Assembly (NCBI GenBank): GCA_038087875.1
Contig: CM075998.1
Span: forward strand, 1,364,001 to 1,428,000
Length of the DNA: 64,000 nucleotides
Source: Malacoraja senta
Lineage: Eukaryota
Direction of reading: 5' to 3'
Numbering within the stretch: position 1 is the stretch's first letter; each line of letters opens with the position of its first letter. Below the pieces are notes generated by a model. The model searched no databases. It saw only the letters and a list, made by a program, of their open reading frames with translations, and was not told the origin of the DNA. A program made the position numbers and the translations under genes. This document shows, one piece after another, positions 24,879-38,765 of this stretch.

Positions 24879-27073
24879 ATGGCGTTATAGAGCCCCACGC
24901 CACAGAAACAGGCCTTTGGGTCCACCATGTCCATAACAACTGCTGTACTTATCTAAACGAGATTGTTGTTCCGTATAAAATCCCTCCCACATTTATCTGC
25001 ATGACAAAGGTTTGGGAAAAAATTGGGGCTGTTCTTGCATAGAGAAGATGGGTTATTCAGCAAGTGAGTTAAAGGTTATAAGGCGATGTCACAGAGAATA
25101 GTTTAAAGGGTCTGGAACAAGCTGGCACATTTATAACTTAAAATAATTTAGTGGAGAGAGCAGGCAAACTTTTACATACTGAAGATCCTGAGGATGTGGA
25201 ATGCATTGTCAGATGTAATGACAGGCAATAAACACATTGTGATTAAAAATAAGTGGGATAATTGATTTAAGAGATAAGGGAACAAAGTGGATACATGGGA
25301 TTTGGATGACTGCATGTACAGGGGATAAATACAGATGTGAAATAAATGGTCTGTCTCAATATTGCAATGTCTATGTGATGGTCATTTCACATTGTACTCT
25401 CATTTCACTCTAAATTAAGTGCTATCTCTGGGAGTTGTAAAGAGCTGGTATAGAAGTGCATATCTTGTGTAAATACAGTTTGCTGTGATAGTTTATACTT
25501 GCAAATCTCATTGATTCTCAGCACTAGTTTGAATGTGTATCTCAGGGTGTGACTGTCACGGTAGGACAAGACATGTTGATGTCCAAATACCTCATGGACT
25601 GATGTTCAAGCACTCGTCTTGTTGCTCTCTGTAGTAGAATGCAAACTTCAGTGGACTTTTTGGGAAGAGCTGGGTAAAAATGAGGGCAAGCAGTTTTTGT
25701 TGCTATAATCAGCTTGGAAACGGGTGTCTCCACCACCTCTGCAGTATTATACACTAAATTGTTGTCCTGTGACGTTGACAGGTCACACCCAGTGAAAGGG
25801 TTTGCAAGATATTGAGCAGCACCTATAAATAATTGCAATAGTCACCGTTTCCAGTGAAACCAACTGAGTCAATAAAGCAGCCAGTATTAATGCAAGTCAG
25901 CCAGCATGTTCAGGGTTCAAAGTGATTTGCCACTTGTTGTGAATCTCTAGAAGGGGCCATTCTTTGGAAAGTGAACCAACTGTCACACACGTGACCAGAA
26001 GTCATCATATAAAGTAATACATTAAAACATTCTTGTAAGAGATTAATCTTATTCATTGCTATTTTCCTACCCACAGAACTATAATGCATGTCTGCTAAAG
26101 ATATGAACATTCTAGTTTTTTTTTTAATTCACAGAGTTTGTAAGATAAAACAGTTATGGAAAAAAGTGCTTCCATGTGAGGTCACACACGTGACCGGCCC
26201 TATTTGACCTCTGACCCTAAACAAACATTGTCAGCATGACATAAAAATGTCACTTGATAAACTTTGAAAAAAAATATGAATCATATATACAGCACACAAA
26301 ACAATATACCTGTAATGCTTTCAGAATTAGAAGATGTATTCCACAATTTTTCATATTTTTGGTCACTCACGTGACCAAGAATGGGCCAGAGCCCTACCCA
26401 GCTCTTTTATTTATCATCATATCCTTAGCTTTCCGGTTACGTGTAAACACTAGCCACAAGGAACTGCTGATGCTGGTTTACAAAAAAAAAAGACTGCTTG
26501 CTGTGACAGTTTATTCCTGCAAATTTTGTTGATTCTCAGCACCAGTTTGGTAACTCAGTGGGTCCCATTGAGTTACTCCAGCATTTTGTGTCTTTTAAAA
26601 AAATGCAGAAGCACTTCCTAGTTCCTCTCTTCATGGCTTATAAAGTTGAGGCTTTTGATTTAAATCAAAAAGCCTCAATGGATTTAAAGGCTTAAATCCC
26701 TTAAAGTTAAGTTGAAGCTCGTAATTAATCATATAAGTACTCTCTTAATAGTCATCTTAATACGCGTCAATCAATTTTTCCAATTCATAAGCGTAATTGA
26801 AACGATTGAGTTTCATCTCGGCAAGAATTGTTGCAGTTTTAACATTTTGGTTTTGACTTTTTTTAGTTTCCTCTCTGTCCCAATACCATCGTACTCTTAC
26901 TCAATTTATCCTTCTTTTCTCTCCATATTTTTCTTTCTCTTTCTGAGTTGTCTCTGATTCACTCACTTACGCCATCATTCCTATATTTCTTTGTCAATCC
27001 TTAAATCTCATTAGTCGAGGATATAGACAGTTGGTTCTATCATTCACTAAAGTCTCAGTTGCCCCCCCACAAT

Positions 27074-27167
27074 CAGTCTGAAGAAGTGTCCTGACACGAA
27101 ACAACAGATATCCATGTTCTCCATAGATGCTGCCTGACCTGCTGAGTTATCCCAGCACTTTGTATCT
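27074..27167 (+). mobile_element. Penelope-derived repeat with variant stem II
   Basis: CTGAAGA-A-GTGT(CCTG)ACAC-GAAAC. Confidence 0.75.
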
Positions 27168-28273
27168 GATCATGAGATGGCTTGCTCCAGTAACATTAGG
27201 TCCAATGTGCTTCTGGCTGATTTACTGCAAAAGAAATAAACACTGTATTATAAGCAGCTTAAACATTAAGAAATAAACATTTCAATCTGTTATTGTGGGT
27301 TTTAAAAAAAAGCAAATACTCTTCTATTTATTTCATTGGCTTTCAATCTGTTGTACTGTTTTTGCCAATGAAATGCTTCTGTTGGCAATGACGATATTGC
27401 GAGTGCATCTTGTGAAATCACTTACCTGGCTCCTGGAATGTGGCTAATATTTTTCACGTGTTACATACAAGGTCATATTAAAAGTTAACACCCAAGACAT
27501 TAGGACATAAACAGGCCTTGAATTTCTGACATTTCTCAATTTAATCTTGAGCTCCACTTAGTGTTTGTAGTACCAAGTGCCAACCATATGGACTCTATTA
27601 ATATTCAGCACTGATAGAACCGTTGTTAAGAATAATGAAATGTAGACAATTCTCTCTCCACCAGAACTTACGGGGGCTTCATTTTCATTGCACTGGCACT
27701 GATTAATGCGTTGTTTTAAAAGTATATTGTGTCCTATTTTAAAACAGTGTTTTATGCCAACAGATTAAAATCATCAGTGACCCAATGGGGCAGTGTAGTG
27801 AGCTGAACATTGTCCTTTCATCTGGAGCCCAAACCCAATGCAGACAGTAGAGGTGGAATTCTCTTCTGTCCATGGATGTGTACAAAGGAGTCTAGCATGA
27901 GGCAGCAGTATTGCCATGCCAAAATAATTAAGCAGTTTAAGGTCATGTGCATATGTGTACTTAACGAGCCCCCCCAAAAGTGGTTAAATTAAAGTTTCTG
28001 CACACATCTCTGCTTCTGTCTGCAACAATTCATATGAAGTGACTGTGCATCTCAACCCATTTTGCAATGGGTTTGAACTTCATAGTAAAATAGATCGAAT
28101 GAGGCCCAACCTTGGATGTGGCTCTTCGATAAGTATAAGTGTAGCTAATGATGAAATCAGAAACCAGGTCAGTTGAATGTTACTTCAATGGTGACAGCTT
28201 CAGTGGCACTTCTTGATTACATTGGCCCTTTGTCTCTCCTCAGGGATTTGCATTTCCATACATCTTTCTGTCA

Positions 28274-28460
28274 AAAAGACACAAAGTGCTGCAGTAACTC
28301 AGCGGGTCAGGCAGCATCTCTGGAAAACATGGACAGGTGACATTGAAAGTTGGAGCCCTTCTTCAATCTGAAGAGCTTGAAATGTCACCTGTCCATGTTC
28401 TCCAGAGATGCCGCCTGACCCGCTGAGTTCCACTAGCACCTGCCGTTCCTTGTGTCTACA
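28274..28460. mobile_element. Penelope-derived fold-back repeat
   Basis: Inverted arms cagcgggtcaggcagcatctctgg...ccagagatgccgcctgacccgctgag. Confidence 0.8.
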
Positions 28461-29194
28461 TTTTTCTGCTGTGCGTGTTGGACTAAGAGTTAGCGTGCAA
28501 ATAATAAAGGGAAATGAGCTGCCAGTCCTGCATGAGCCAGAAGGGATTACTCACTCAGGGAGTGTTCTTTTTCTCGTTATTTTATCAGTTGGCCAATTTT
28601 GTTTTGCATATACCTTTCCATCTATTTTACTGTGAAAATCAAAATGCAAAGATCTTGGAGCTCCTGGTAGTATATTTACATATGAACAGGTCATCAACCT
28701 TGGTTTGCAAAATCATGGCTAAAAATTAGATTGAGAAGCCCTTTCAACGTAATGAATGTAAGCATTTCGAAAAGGAGTACTCTATCCTCACAATGAATTG
28801 TAGCAAATTAAGGATGAAATTGTGACATTCCCAGCCAGAAATAACTTGCCTCCCCACCAAAAGTTTTCATCGTTAAATCATTGCTCAGGATGAATATTGT
28901 GCACCTGGAATACTCGAGTGGGAAAGGATGGGTGCTTGGAAAAAGTGAGTGTGGTGTTCTAACCCGAGGGACAAGAAACAACTGGGGAGCTCAAGTTCCT
29001 CAGCTGTTGCACTGATGTGGTAATGATGATAATTTCATACTGCAGGTGACTTGATACCCTCGCCTTGCTTATTCCCACCACCCCACCTTCCAAATTGATC
29101 AGTGCCTTTACATATCCAGATCCAGCAGAATGGCAGCCATTGTTCCTGCTTGCACGGACATGCAAATTAGTAGCTAGAGTAGGTCACTCAACCA

Positions 29195-29525
29195 CAGAGT
29201 CATAGAGCTGAACAACATGAAAACAGGTATAGCATTGTCATTGCCGCCCAGGTTGGCTTACTGGGTTGGTCCCATTTGTCTGCTTGTGGCACATACCCCT
29301 CGAAACCTTTCCTATCCATATATCTGTCCAAATGTCTTTAAAAGCCATCATTGTATCTACTTTTACAACTTCTTCTGCTAGCTCATTCAAGATATGGACT
29401 ACCCTCTGAGTGAAAATGAAGCCTCCAAAGTCCCTCTTAAATCTCTCCCCTCTCACCTTAAACTATGCCCTTTAGAATTCTCTACCGTGGGAAAAGGACT
29501 GTGAGCATTCACTTTATCCATGCCA
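29195..29525 (-). mobile_element. CR1 LINE 3' fragment
   Basis: RGERFKRD..FTQRVV. Confidence 0.85.
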
Positions 29526-30352
29526 AAGCTGCTCCGCCATTTCAGTTCTGAACCAGTTCGAAACCATAGCATGGTTTAAAAGCTGGTTAAAGATCCATAC
29601 ATTTTCCCCAATCTTATTTGTTACAGAGAGACACTTTCTCTATTTACTGCATTGGGTGCCTTGTGGTCTCTTGAAGTGAGATTGTTGATCTACAAAAATC
29701 AATACAACATTTATAGCACCTTGCAAAAAAATTAAATCGCCCCATCATATCCACTCCTGAAGAACGATCATTGACCTGAAATGGAATCGGTTTCTCTCTC
29801 CACAGTCTGATCTGTTGGGAGTTTCCAGTGTTTTTCGGGGTTTTTTTACATGCTGTTTCCACTCCTGCTTAAACCTCGCGTCAGCAAACATTCAAATTAT
29901 ATTGCTTTAACTAAAAAGAAAAAAAGTTGGGCAAATTGATCCCGGGACTGTAAAAGACTTTCAGTTTTCAGTGACTGGGTTAAGGTCCAGTTCAAAGGCA
30001 GGGCCCACATGCCTTCTGTGAACCATTATGTTCCATTCCAGAGTTTCTCTGTTGCTTTTGCCTTTCTCCTGCAATTGGTTCCCGCCTCTCCTGAAGTTGC
30101 AGAGTCTTGCAGAGGATCAGGTCCAGGCAACTTCCTCAGCAATCCATTCCCCAGCATAAATATTCCTGCAGGCCATAAGCACAAACTCGTCAGGTCCCCT
30201 CTCCACTCCATGTGTTCACAGAGACAAACCATTCAGCCTGACTGCTCCTTGCTATCATTTATGCTCCATGCAAGCTTCCTCTTCACCTCACTTTATCAAA
30301 TTATTTCTTCATTACGTGTTTAAGTTTCTTTAAATTAATATTGTTGTATTTA

Positions 30353-30495
30353 ATGTTTCGGATCGGGACCATTCTTCAAACTGATCAGTCTGAAGAAAGG
30401 TTCCAACCCGAAACGTCACCTCCAGAGATGCTACCTGACTTGTTGAGTTACTCCAGCACTTTGTGAACCAACATCTGCAGTTCCTTGCATCTCTC
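30353..30495. mobile_element. Penelope-derived repeat with head-to-head hammerhead remnants
   Basis: ...ttcttcaaactgatcagtctgaagaa... junction. Confidence 0.7.
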
Positions 30496-32700
30496 ATTGC
30501 TCATTGTTTTAGTTAGCATTTGAAATTCACATGTTATATGCAATTAGGATTGGCCTTCAAATGTTTCAACAGATGATATAAAGTAGCATGCCGTTAACAA
30601 AAGAAAAAAAAAGCTGGAAATCTAAAACAACGGCATAACATGGTAGATAAAGCAGCCCAGTTAGTATTTGAGGGAGAGAGATATTCATGGTCAGAATGAG
30701 AATATGCATCTGTATGAGCAACAGGTAGAGACGTCAAATTTGAATCTTTTCAGATGCTGATTGATTTGCGGCATTGCTTTACGAGCATTTTCTGTTTTTA
30801 GTTCATGTTTAATCATTCAGTACACAGCTAGATCACTGATCACCAAATACAAGTGGGATAGCTTTATAAGCAAACCGTGCACAGAGGAAACCATCAGTCT
30901 GGGTAGTCACCTCATTTCTTTTGTTCAGCAGTTCATCCATGAAGGTTTTATACTTAACATGATTAATAAACAATGCAGATACATGGGACACTATTAATTC
31001 AATACTGTAATTAGTATGAATTAGTGTCATTCCAGAACCAGTGTCTTGTTACAGACAGTTTCAATTTGATGCAGATGTAATCCTTTGGATAATTAATGAA
31101 TCATTAACATAACAGTCAACACAGGGAACTTTCTATGTAGCTTGTTCCAGGATTCAGACATAAGGACCTCTCTTCCGTGAATTTTTCTTGCTTTTTTTCG
31201 CTTCTGTAAAGTACCTTGGGGTATACATGCACATTACAAGTGCAAAGTAAATGCAAGTTGTTCACGCTGTTTTGCTAACTAAGATAATCACAAGCCATTT
31301 TTGGCACTCGAAGGACAATTTTTCAATTTCCATGATCGCTACCTCCTCCACTAATGGTCCCATGCCAGTATCAGCTCGAATTCTGCTAATTCCGTCAGAC
31401 TTTCCTTCCGTTGTTTCCTGAATACGCTGACTGACGCGAGGGTCCAGTTCAATGCATGCCACACAGCCGCAGCAATTTACACACACTGCCACGCTTCAAG
31501 TGTGGCGTACACCGACGAGGAGGAGAAACCCAACCTGTCCGCACTCAACGTCCACACACGGGGATCACTCAGTCGTGGTCGGGACTGCGACTCTGCCTGA
31601 TTTTAAAAATCACCTTCCTTGCTGCCAAATGATAATGCTGCCCACAATGTAAACAACTAACTCACCATGGATTGGACAGGTTTAGAGGGATATGGGCCTG
31701 CAGGGAGGACTAGTGTAAGATGGAGCATGTTGGTCGGAGTGGGCAAGTTGGGCTGAAGGGCCTGTTTCTACGCTGTGTGACTCTGTGACCATAGACTATG
31801 GATGGAACTTGGGAGTTTTTACTCTATACATGGGGGGCAAGTCTCACAAATGATGGTTTTATTTGTGGGACATTTCATTGTTGTCTTAATGTGATTAAGC
31901 TATAAGTGTTTTTGTACATCTCAACCAGTGGGATAAAGTAGATTGATGGTTAATTTTAATCGGTGGCTTATAAATTATGAGATAGCAGTGTAACATGATC
32001 AGATCTTGATGAGTTTAAGCATTCTCAGTTACTTTACCTGTGAAAAATCAATTTCAAGATGATTTCCTGACTTTGTACACTTCCATTTTGGTCATAAGAC
32101 TTTTTCCCAACAGTTGGTTTCTCATGTTATTTAATTTTATGTAATGCAAAGTGACACTTTCCTTTATCCAGCAGTTTAATTAACCCAATTTACTGCAGAC
32201 TAAAACTCTAACTCTTCCTTTCTTACATTTACGGCAGTGTGATAAGATGACTCTTAGTAAATTGACAGCTGTGGTAACAAGGGCAGCTGAAAGCACTTTA
32301 CTGTAAGGCAACAAAGCATAAATCACGTCAGAGATAGCATTTTTCCATCAAAGTAGCAATAAAGTATTCTTATGTCACTTTTTTTACAATGTGCATATCT
32401 TTGATCTGACAACAGTTCCTTTGTAGTTAAAAGAAAAATATCAATAATCAAGGACTCCAACCTGCTGTAAGAAATTCCATCAACTGAGGCAAAATGAATT
32501 TGTAATCCATTATCTATTATGATCTTTGTTCCCATGGTCACATTTATACCATGCAGGCTAACGAAAAGGAACAACTTGCATTTATATAGCTCCATGTTGA
32601 ATGTCGCTTGGCGCTTCATGGGGAACTTATTAAATAAGATTTGGTGCCTAGTAATAAAAAGAGTTATTGGAACAATACACTTCGTCAAAAAGATTGGTTT

Positions 32701-32793
32701 TAAGAAGGGTCTTGACCCGAAACGTCACCCATTCCTTCTCTCCAGAGATGCTGCCTGTCCCGCTGAGTTTCTCCAGCATTTTGTGTCGATCTT
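32701..32793 (+). mobile_element. Penelope-derived monomer
   Basis: Consensus match; flanked by GGTTTTAAG on both sides. Confidence 0.8.
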
Positions 32794-34194
32794 AGGTTTT
32801 AAGGAACAGGTTAAATGAAAAGAGAAGGGATCAGATATTTGGGGAGGGAATTTCAGAGCTCGGGGCCCAGACAGCTGAAGGTGTGCACTCCTATGGAGGA
32901 CTAATGGTTATTAAGGATGTACAAGAAGCCAGAATTGAGGAAGTACTGGGAGGCACTGTGTAGATACTTGTGGCTGACCACATATTGCTGTTTTAATTCT
33001 ACAAAGTCCCACTTCTTTCTGGTTACTTCGCACTTCAGCAGGACATACACTTCAAGTATCGAGAGATCTTTTGACATCCACCTGAACCGCTGAAAGGGAA
33101 TTAGGTTCAATCTCTGAGAGATGGCTTATTTGAAAAGGATAGATAGAAGAATGCATCCTTGCAGTGACGGAAATCGCTATCAAAATATGGACACAATTTC
33201 TTGGCGGCCGCTCGCGCATGCCCATATGAGCTGGTGCCCATAGGCTGAGAATCAGGGTTAGTGGTCAGCTTGGCGATGAGGTAATTGCCAGGTAGTTGGG
33301 GAAAACTGTCATCATGAACAAGGGTGGAGGATTGGGCCTTGGCTGATTTTGAAAAGGGTGGGGGCAGAATATGTTCATGGGCCTTTTTGCTAAATGGAGT
33401 TGAAGGATGTAGTTGGCAGGGATATCAGAGGGTTGGGCCAAGGTTTGTAAGTGTCTTGTCCATGTTCAATGAATTAGGTCGAAGATGAATGGGTTAAATG
33501 GGAGATCAGTGGTTTGGGAGCTACAGGGATAGTCTGTGTCACGCAGAGGGCGAGTCAAAAGATCAGAAGTGAACATGGAACATACGGTGGTTCGGTCCCA
33601 GTTTCTTAGAGTGCTGTGAAGACCTAGGTATCCTGGGAGTGTCCAGCAAAACTCATTCCAGGGACAGCTTGGTCTCATTTATCCACAAGGCTCCAAAAAG
33701 TGCATTGCACGTAGAAGCCAAAAGGTCTTTGAAAGATGTCGGTTGAAGACATAATTGGAGAAAAAAGGTGCAGATGCTGGAATCCAAAACAAAAACAACA
33801 TGCTGGAGGAGCTCAGCAGGTCCGGCAGTTATATCTTCAATCAGTTTTATCTTCCAGCATTTTCAGTTTTTCTTGAAGATATAACATTAAAAATCTGTGT
33901 ATCTCCTTGTTGAGAATGAATCTGGGCTTCTTCCAGTAGATTGCATTGTGAGGAAAAGCCTTTTGAATGAAGTGTGGGTAGCTGCCTGGATTAGGTATAA
34001 GAACTGTAACCTTCCATTAAGTCTGCATATCACTCAATTGAATCATATTTCCTTGGTACATCATGAGATATTTGGATTTATTTTCCCCCTCCCCTCCCTA
34101 TCTGTAGCTGTTGCACCACATCTAAACTGCAGAGACCAACCCCTCCCTCCATTATTGAGCACCACTCAGGAACTAGTTGGGTGGATAGATCCAT

Positions 34195-34428
34195 GCAACA
34201 TGGGAACAAGCCCTTCTGCCCACCAAGTCCGTGCCGACCATCACAATCATTTATACCCATTTACACTAATCTTACAGTATTCTCTTCACGTTTCCATTCA
34301 ATACTAATGGGGTAACTTACAGCAGGCAGTTAACCTACAAAGTGCATGGCTTTAAGGAAACCAGAGCACCCAGAAGGAAACCCACACAAAAGCCACCGGG
34401 AGAACGTGCAAACTCCACACAGAGAACG
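34195..34428 (-). mobile_element. HE1-like SINE
   Basis: Reverse match. Confidence 0.7.
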
Positions 34429-36099
34429 TTACAGGATGTGTGGGCAGAATTAGTCCCTGTGATATTCTCGTGAGGTGAGGGTGAGATCAATAACTAATCT
34501 TGCTGTGAACTTTATCCCTTTGCAACGCTGTGTCTTTCAGTTCCATCTGCCACTCGCTGACTTTTCAGTGCATATTTTTAATCAACATGAAGCATCCTGT
34601 TCCTCATGAATTCTCGTCAGGGAAAATAAACTACTTGTCACAGATGGGGCAGAAGAGTAAGTGACTTTCCCTTTAAGATAATATTTTAACCACCGTACCA
34701 GACTATAAAAATGAGGAAGTAACACATGGTGACAAATTAACCACATGTACGTGCTGTGATCAGTACAGTTAAGTTGGCGCCAGTTCCTACCATTGTCCAG
34801 ACCAGTATCTACGAGTGGAATCTCCTTCCCAGATGAACAACATTGAAAAGAACTAATTTATGAATGAGAGCTCAACTGAAGAGAAGACAACAAAAGAATG
34901 AATGTCAGCAAGACAACGGAAGCAATATAGAATTATGGCACAGAATTAGGGCATTTGGCCCATTAAATCTATGCTGGCCCCCCATGGATTGATCTCATCA
35001 TCCCCATTCCTCTGCACTTCCCAACCACCTTGTCAATTATTTTTCCTCAAGTGCTGATCCAGTTCCCTTTTGCTCCATTTCCACACCTTCTTTACACACA
35101 GTGAGTTCCACACCATCGCTGCCTTCTGCATAAAAATGTTTTCCCTCATATCCCCATTGTCATAATTTGGTGGAGGTGAAATCAAAGAGATTCATCTGGC
35201 AGTGTTAGCAAAAAGACCAGGAGGCATTCACACAGTGAAAGGGCAATGGGTGTGGGCCAGTCAATGCTAGGAATCCAGGCCTGAGAACCAGGGTGGGATG
35301 TGACAATGAGCTCAATGATCTCACAAGAATGGTCAAAGTCAGTCAATGGTTATTTAATAGGAGATGAACGAGAACTGTTTTTTTGTTTGTTTTTGTCTCT
35401 CTTTTCTCTCTATTCTCAGTTATCTCCTTTTATTTATATCTCCTCCAGATGAGCCTCAGTTAAAAAACCTTCACCATCCTCTTTCAGCTGGCACCAGCAC
35501 TTGTGCAACCTAACTCTAACCGTGTTTCATTCCTAACTTTATCCAGTCTAGATGAAAGATCATTAACCCAATATCTCTCTCTATGGATGCTGTCTGGCCT
35601 GCTGAGTATTTCCAGCATTTAATTGCATTTATCTCAAATGTCCTCAATAAGCAGTTTTTGCTTTTCTATCTTTGTGTGCTGTGGAACTAAATTTTTATCT
35701 TAAATCTGATTGGGTAATTTTGGGCCACAAGATGCATTTCTGCAAATTCAGGCTGACTGCTGAGTAACCTCCAAAACAATCCTCTTCTCTGTACCTTTTG
35801 CTCCTGGATACCAACTTGATGGCAGAAAACAGGCAATAACCTGTTGTTGCATGATGGCAAGAATGGATATTATCTGCTGAACCCTAAGGGAATCTTTCAT
35901 TTTCTTGCCCTCCATAAAATTAAACCCAAAGTCTTGCAATTGGCCTTTTTAAATCTGAATATTTCTGTCCATTTTTTTTTCTAGGCAGTTACCCTTTGGG
36001 GAAATTGCTTCTGAGGAACTTGACGTGATGGAGGTAGGTCTGACATTAATCGCTGATGCAATCATTTTTAATTTCAATTTATTGAAAGTTCTAATTCTT

Positions 36100-36415
36100 C
36101 AAGATTCAAGATTCAAGAGATTCAAGAGAGTTTATTGTCATAAATACAGAACAGAACTGATCAGTGTGACCATGTACCAATGAATATATATATATATATA
36201 TACACATAAATAAACAGATAAAGTGCAATGGGCTATTAATGATCATAGTTTTGTTTGAGTTGAGTTTAATAGCCTGATGGCTGTGGGGAAGTGGCTATTC
36301 CTGAACCTGGATGTTGCCGATTTCAGGCTCCTGTACCTTCTACCTGAAGGCAGCGGGGATATGAGTGAGTGGCCAGGATGGTGTGGGTCCTTGATGATGC
36401 TGGCAGCGACTGCGA
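36100..36415 (-). mobile_element. Rex1/Babar-type LINE 3' fragment
   Basis: Reverse gccagcatcatcaaggacccacaccatcctggcc; (TTCAAGA)n tail. Confidence 0.78.
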
Positions 36416-36460
36416 TAGATTCTTGAAAGTATTTTTATATCTTACATTGAAAGGAAATTT

Positions 36461-36593
36461 GTCTGAAGAAGGGTCTCGACCCGAAACATCACCCATTTCT
36501 TCTATCCAGAGATACTGCCTGTCCCGCTGAATTACTCCAGCATTTTGTGTCTATCTTCAGTGTACACCAGCATCTGCAGTTCCATTCTACACA
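36461..36593 (+). mobile_element. Penelope-derived short repeat
   Basis: gtctgaagaagggtctcgacccgaaacatc... Confidence 0.8.
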
Positions 36594-37829
36594 GGCAAAT
36601 TTCTAATTCTTGAAGGCAGTTTGTCTAATGGTCTGCCTTGTGTTCACTATATGAAGAAAAATACTTCTTCAAAGAATATTAAGGATGTTCCCTTGCTCAT
36701 TTTAGCAACATAGCAATCTTGGCAGTAATTTTCACTTTGGGTCATCACTAAGGTGATGATATTCAATTGCCTTCAAAGCATTGCTGCCAGTTTTGTGAAA
36801 ATGTGAACAAATGTAACAAGTCATGTGCCATTATTAATTATTTTTTTTGCTTTTGTTTTCTTATATATACTGAACTTTTGTTGTTGTCACGGTGTTTACA
36901 GAGTATCATGTCTTTGTGCTGCTGAAAATGAGAATGTCATTGTTCTGTTTCAGGACATGTGATAATAAAACCCTCTTGACTCTTTAGCTGAATATATAAA
37001 GCCCATTTTACACTATTAATCCAAGTTTAGAACGATTAACATTTAAGAAATTGTAAATACAAAGATTTAAGTATTTGGCATATATAATCTATAAGACCCT
37101 AAGACAAAGGAGCAGAATTAGGCCACTTGCTCCATCGAGTCTGCTCTGCTACTCGAACATGGCTGATCTATCTTTCCCTCTCAACGCCATTCTCTTGCCT
37201 TCTCCCCGTAACCTTTGACACCCTTACTAATCAAGTAAATCCTTTAATCATTGAAGGAGTAAGTTGGCACATTATCCTTTCCTTACTAGGTCCAGCCTTG
37301 ACTCCGGCCAACTGCTTGAATCAAAGACCTGGGAGGACTCCCTGGTGAAATACGTTGAAGGGCTAGGTTTCTTACTCTAATTGGGATCTCTTTGATTCCA
37401 GGTCTGCAAGCCAATAACTGTCCACAAGTTGACACTGAATGTGCAGTTGCATATTAAAAAGCTACAAGGGCAGCCGGTTGGGGAAGAGACGCACAAAATG
37501 AACAGAATGAAACACACACTCCTGCTGTAGCGTTGTTAAAGGTGTCTGTTATCTGTCAGTGAGATACGAAGCTCAGTCCCTGTCGACCCAAGCCACAGGC
37601 CTTCTAGCCATTAAATTGCTCCAGTATCATAGTTTTGAGTGTTTTTATTTTTAATGTTCCTGAATGACTAAGTAGGGTGTGGTGAGAGATGAAGGAACGG
37701 CACCTGGTTCCAAAAGTGATGCTTGAGCGCAGACCTTTGTGATTTTTGGGTGAAGTATAAAAGAGATACCACACTATAACAAAATAGCCAGGTTTCTGGC
37801 GATTGCGTGTAATGATGAAGAGCCAGAGA

Positions 37830-38099
37830 AAAGAATGACTCGAAAATGAAAAGAGAACAAGCCCTTCCTGTTCCACTGACGTTATTGTTGGTTGATACTA
37901 CCACTGGGAAAGTCCCGTTGAAACCAGAAGTCAGCCTGTGTGTTACTAATAGACTCTGAACAAAAGTAGCAGAATTAACATGTTGGACAGCGAGCTGCAG
38001 TGAGAGGGGACAATTTCAAGACAACTGATTTTTTTTTTTGCCAGTCAGGAGATGCCAGGAAAAGCCAGTAAGTTTGTGAAATTAACTGCATCGGTGAGC
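37830..38099 (+). promoter_or_regulatory. Candidate promoter and non-coding first exon of the TANK-like gene
   Basis: GGGAAAGTCCC kB site 37906-37916, GAAAATGAAA IRF-E 37842-37851, TGACGT half-CRE 37877, CTTCCTG ETS core. Followed by two donor motifs (CCA|gtaagt at 38068, TCG|gtgagc at 38094). Confidence 0.45.
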
Positions 38100-38289
38100 T
38101 TTTTGTTTATAAATGCTTTATATGTGATGACTTTGAACAAAGCAATATCTGGCAACAAGAGATCTAAGGACCTATTCTGCCGTCATTTAAAAAAACTGAA
38201 TACTGGAGAATACAAGGATAAAAGGTTCACGAGCAAGAAAATCAAACTGGTGACAAATCTCCGCCTATGTTGCTCTGAAACCAACAAGA

Positions 38290-38765
38290 TGGAGGTGTGT
38301 GGAAGGAATGTCGTTCAGAAAGCCATGTGTCTTTGGAACGCTCTCTCTCAAAGGGTGGTGGAAGTTGTCATAGAGAGTCATACAGCACAGAAACAGGCCC
38401 TTCGGCCCAACTCGTGCATGCTGACCAAAACGCTCCATCTGAGCTAGTTCCATTTGCCCGCATTTGGCCCATATCCTTCTAAACCTTTCCTTTCCATGTA
38501 CCTGTCCAAGTGTATTTTAAATGTTGTTATTATACCAGGCTCAACTACCTCCTCTGGCAGCTCGTTCCATACACCCACTACCCTCTAAGTGGAAACGTCT
38601 TTGAAGTCTTTAATGCAGAGGTAGATAGATTCTTGATGAGCAAGGGGGTGAAAGGTAACTACAGGCAGAGGGGAATTGAGTTACAATCAGGTTAGCTATG
38701 ATCTTATTAAATGCAGGAGCAGGCTCGAGGGGCTGAGTGGTATCCTCTTGCTCCAAGTTTGTATG
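38290..38765. mobile_element. - strand CR1 3' end (~38367-38590) inserted in an older + strand CR1 3' end
   Basis: Two opposite-orientation CR1 tails. Confidence 0.75.
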
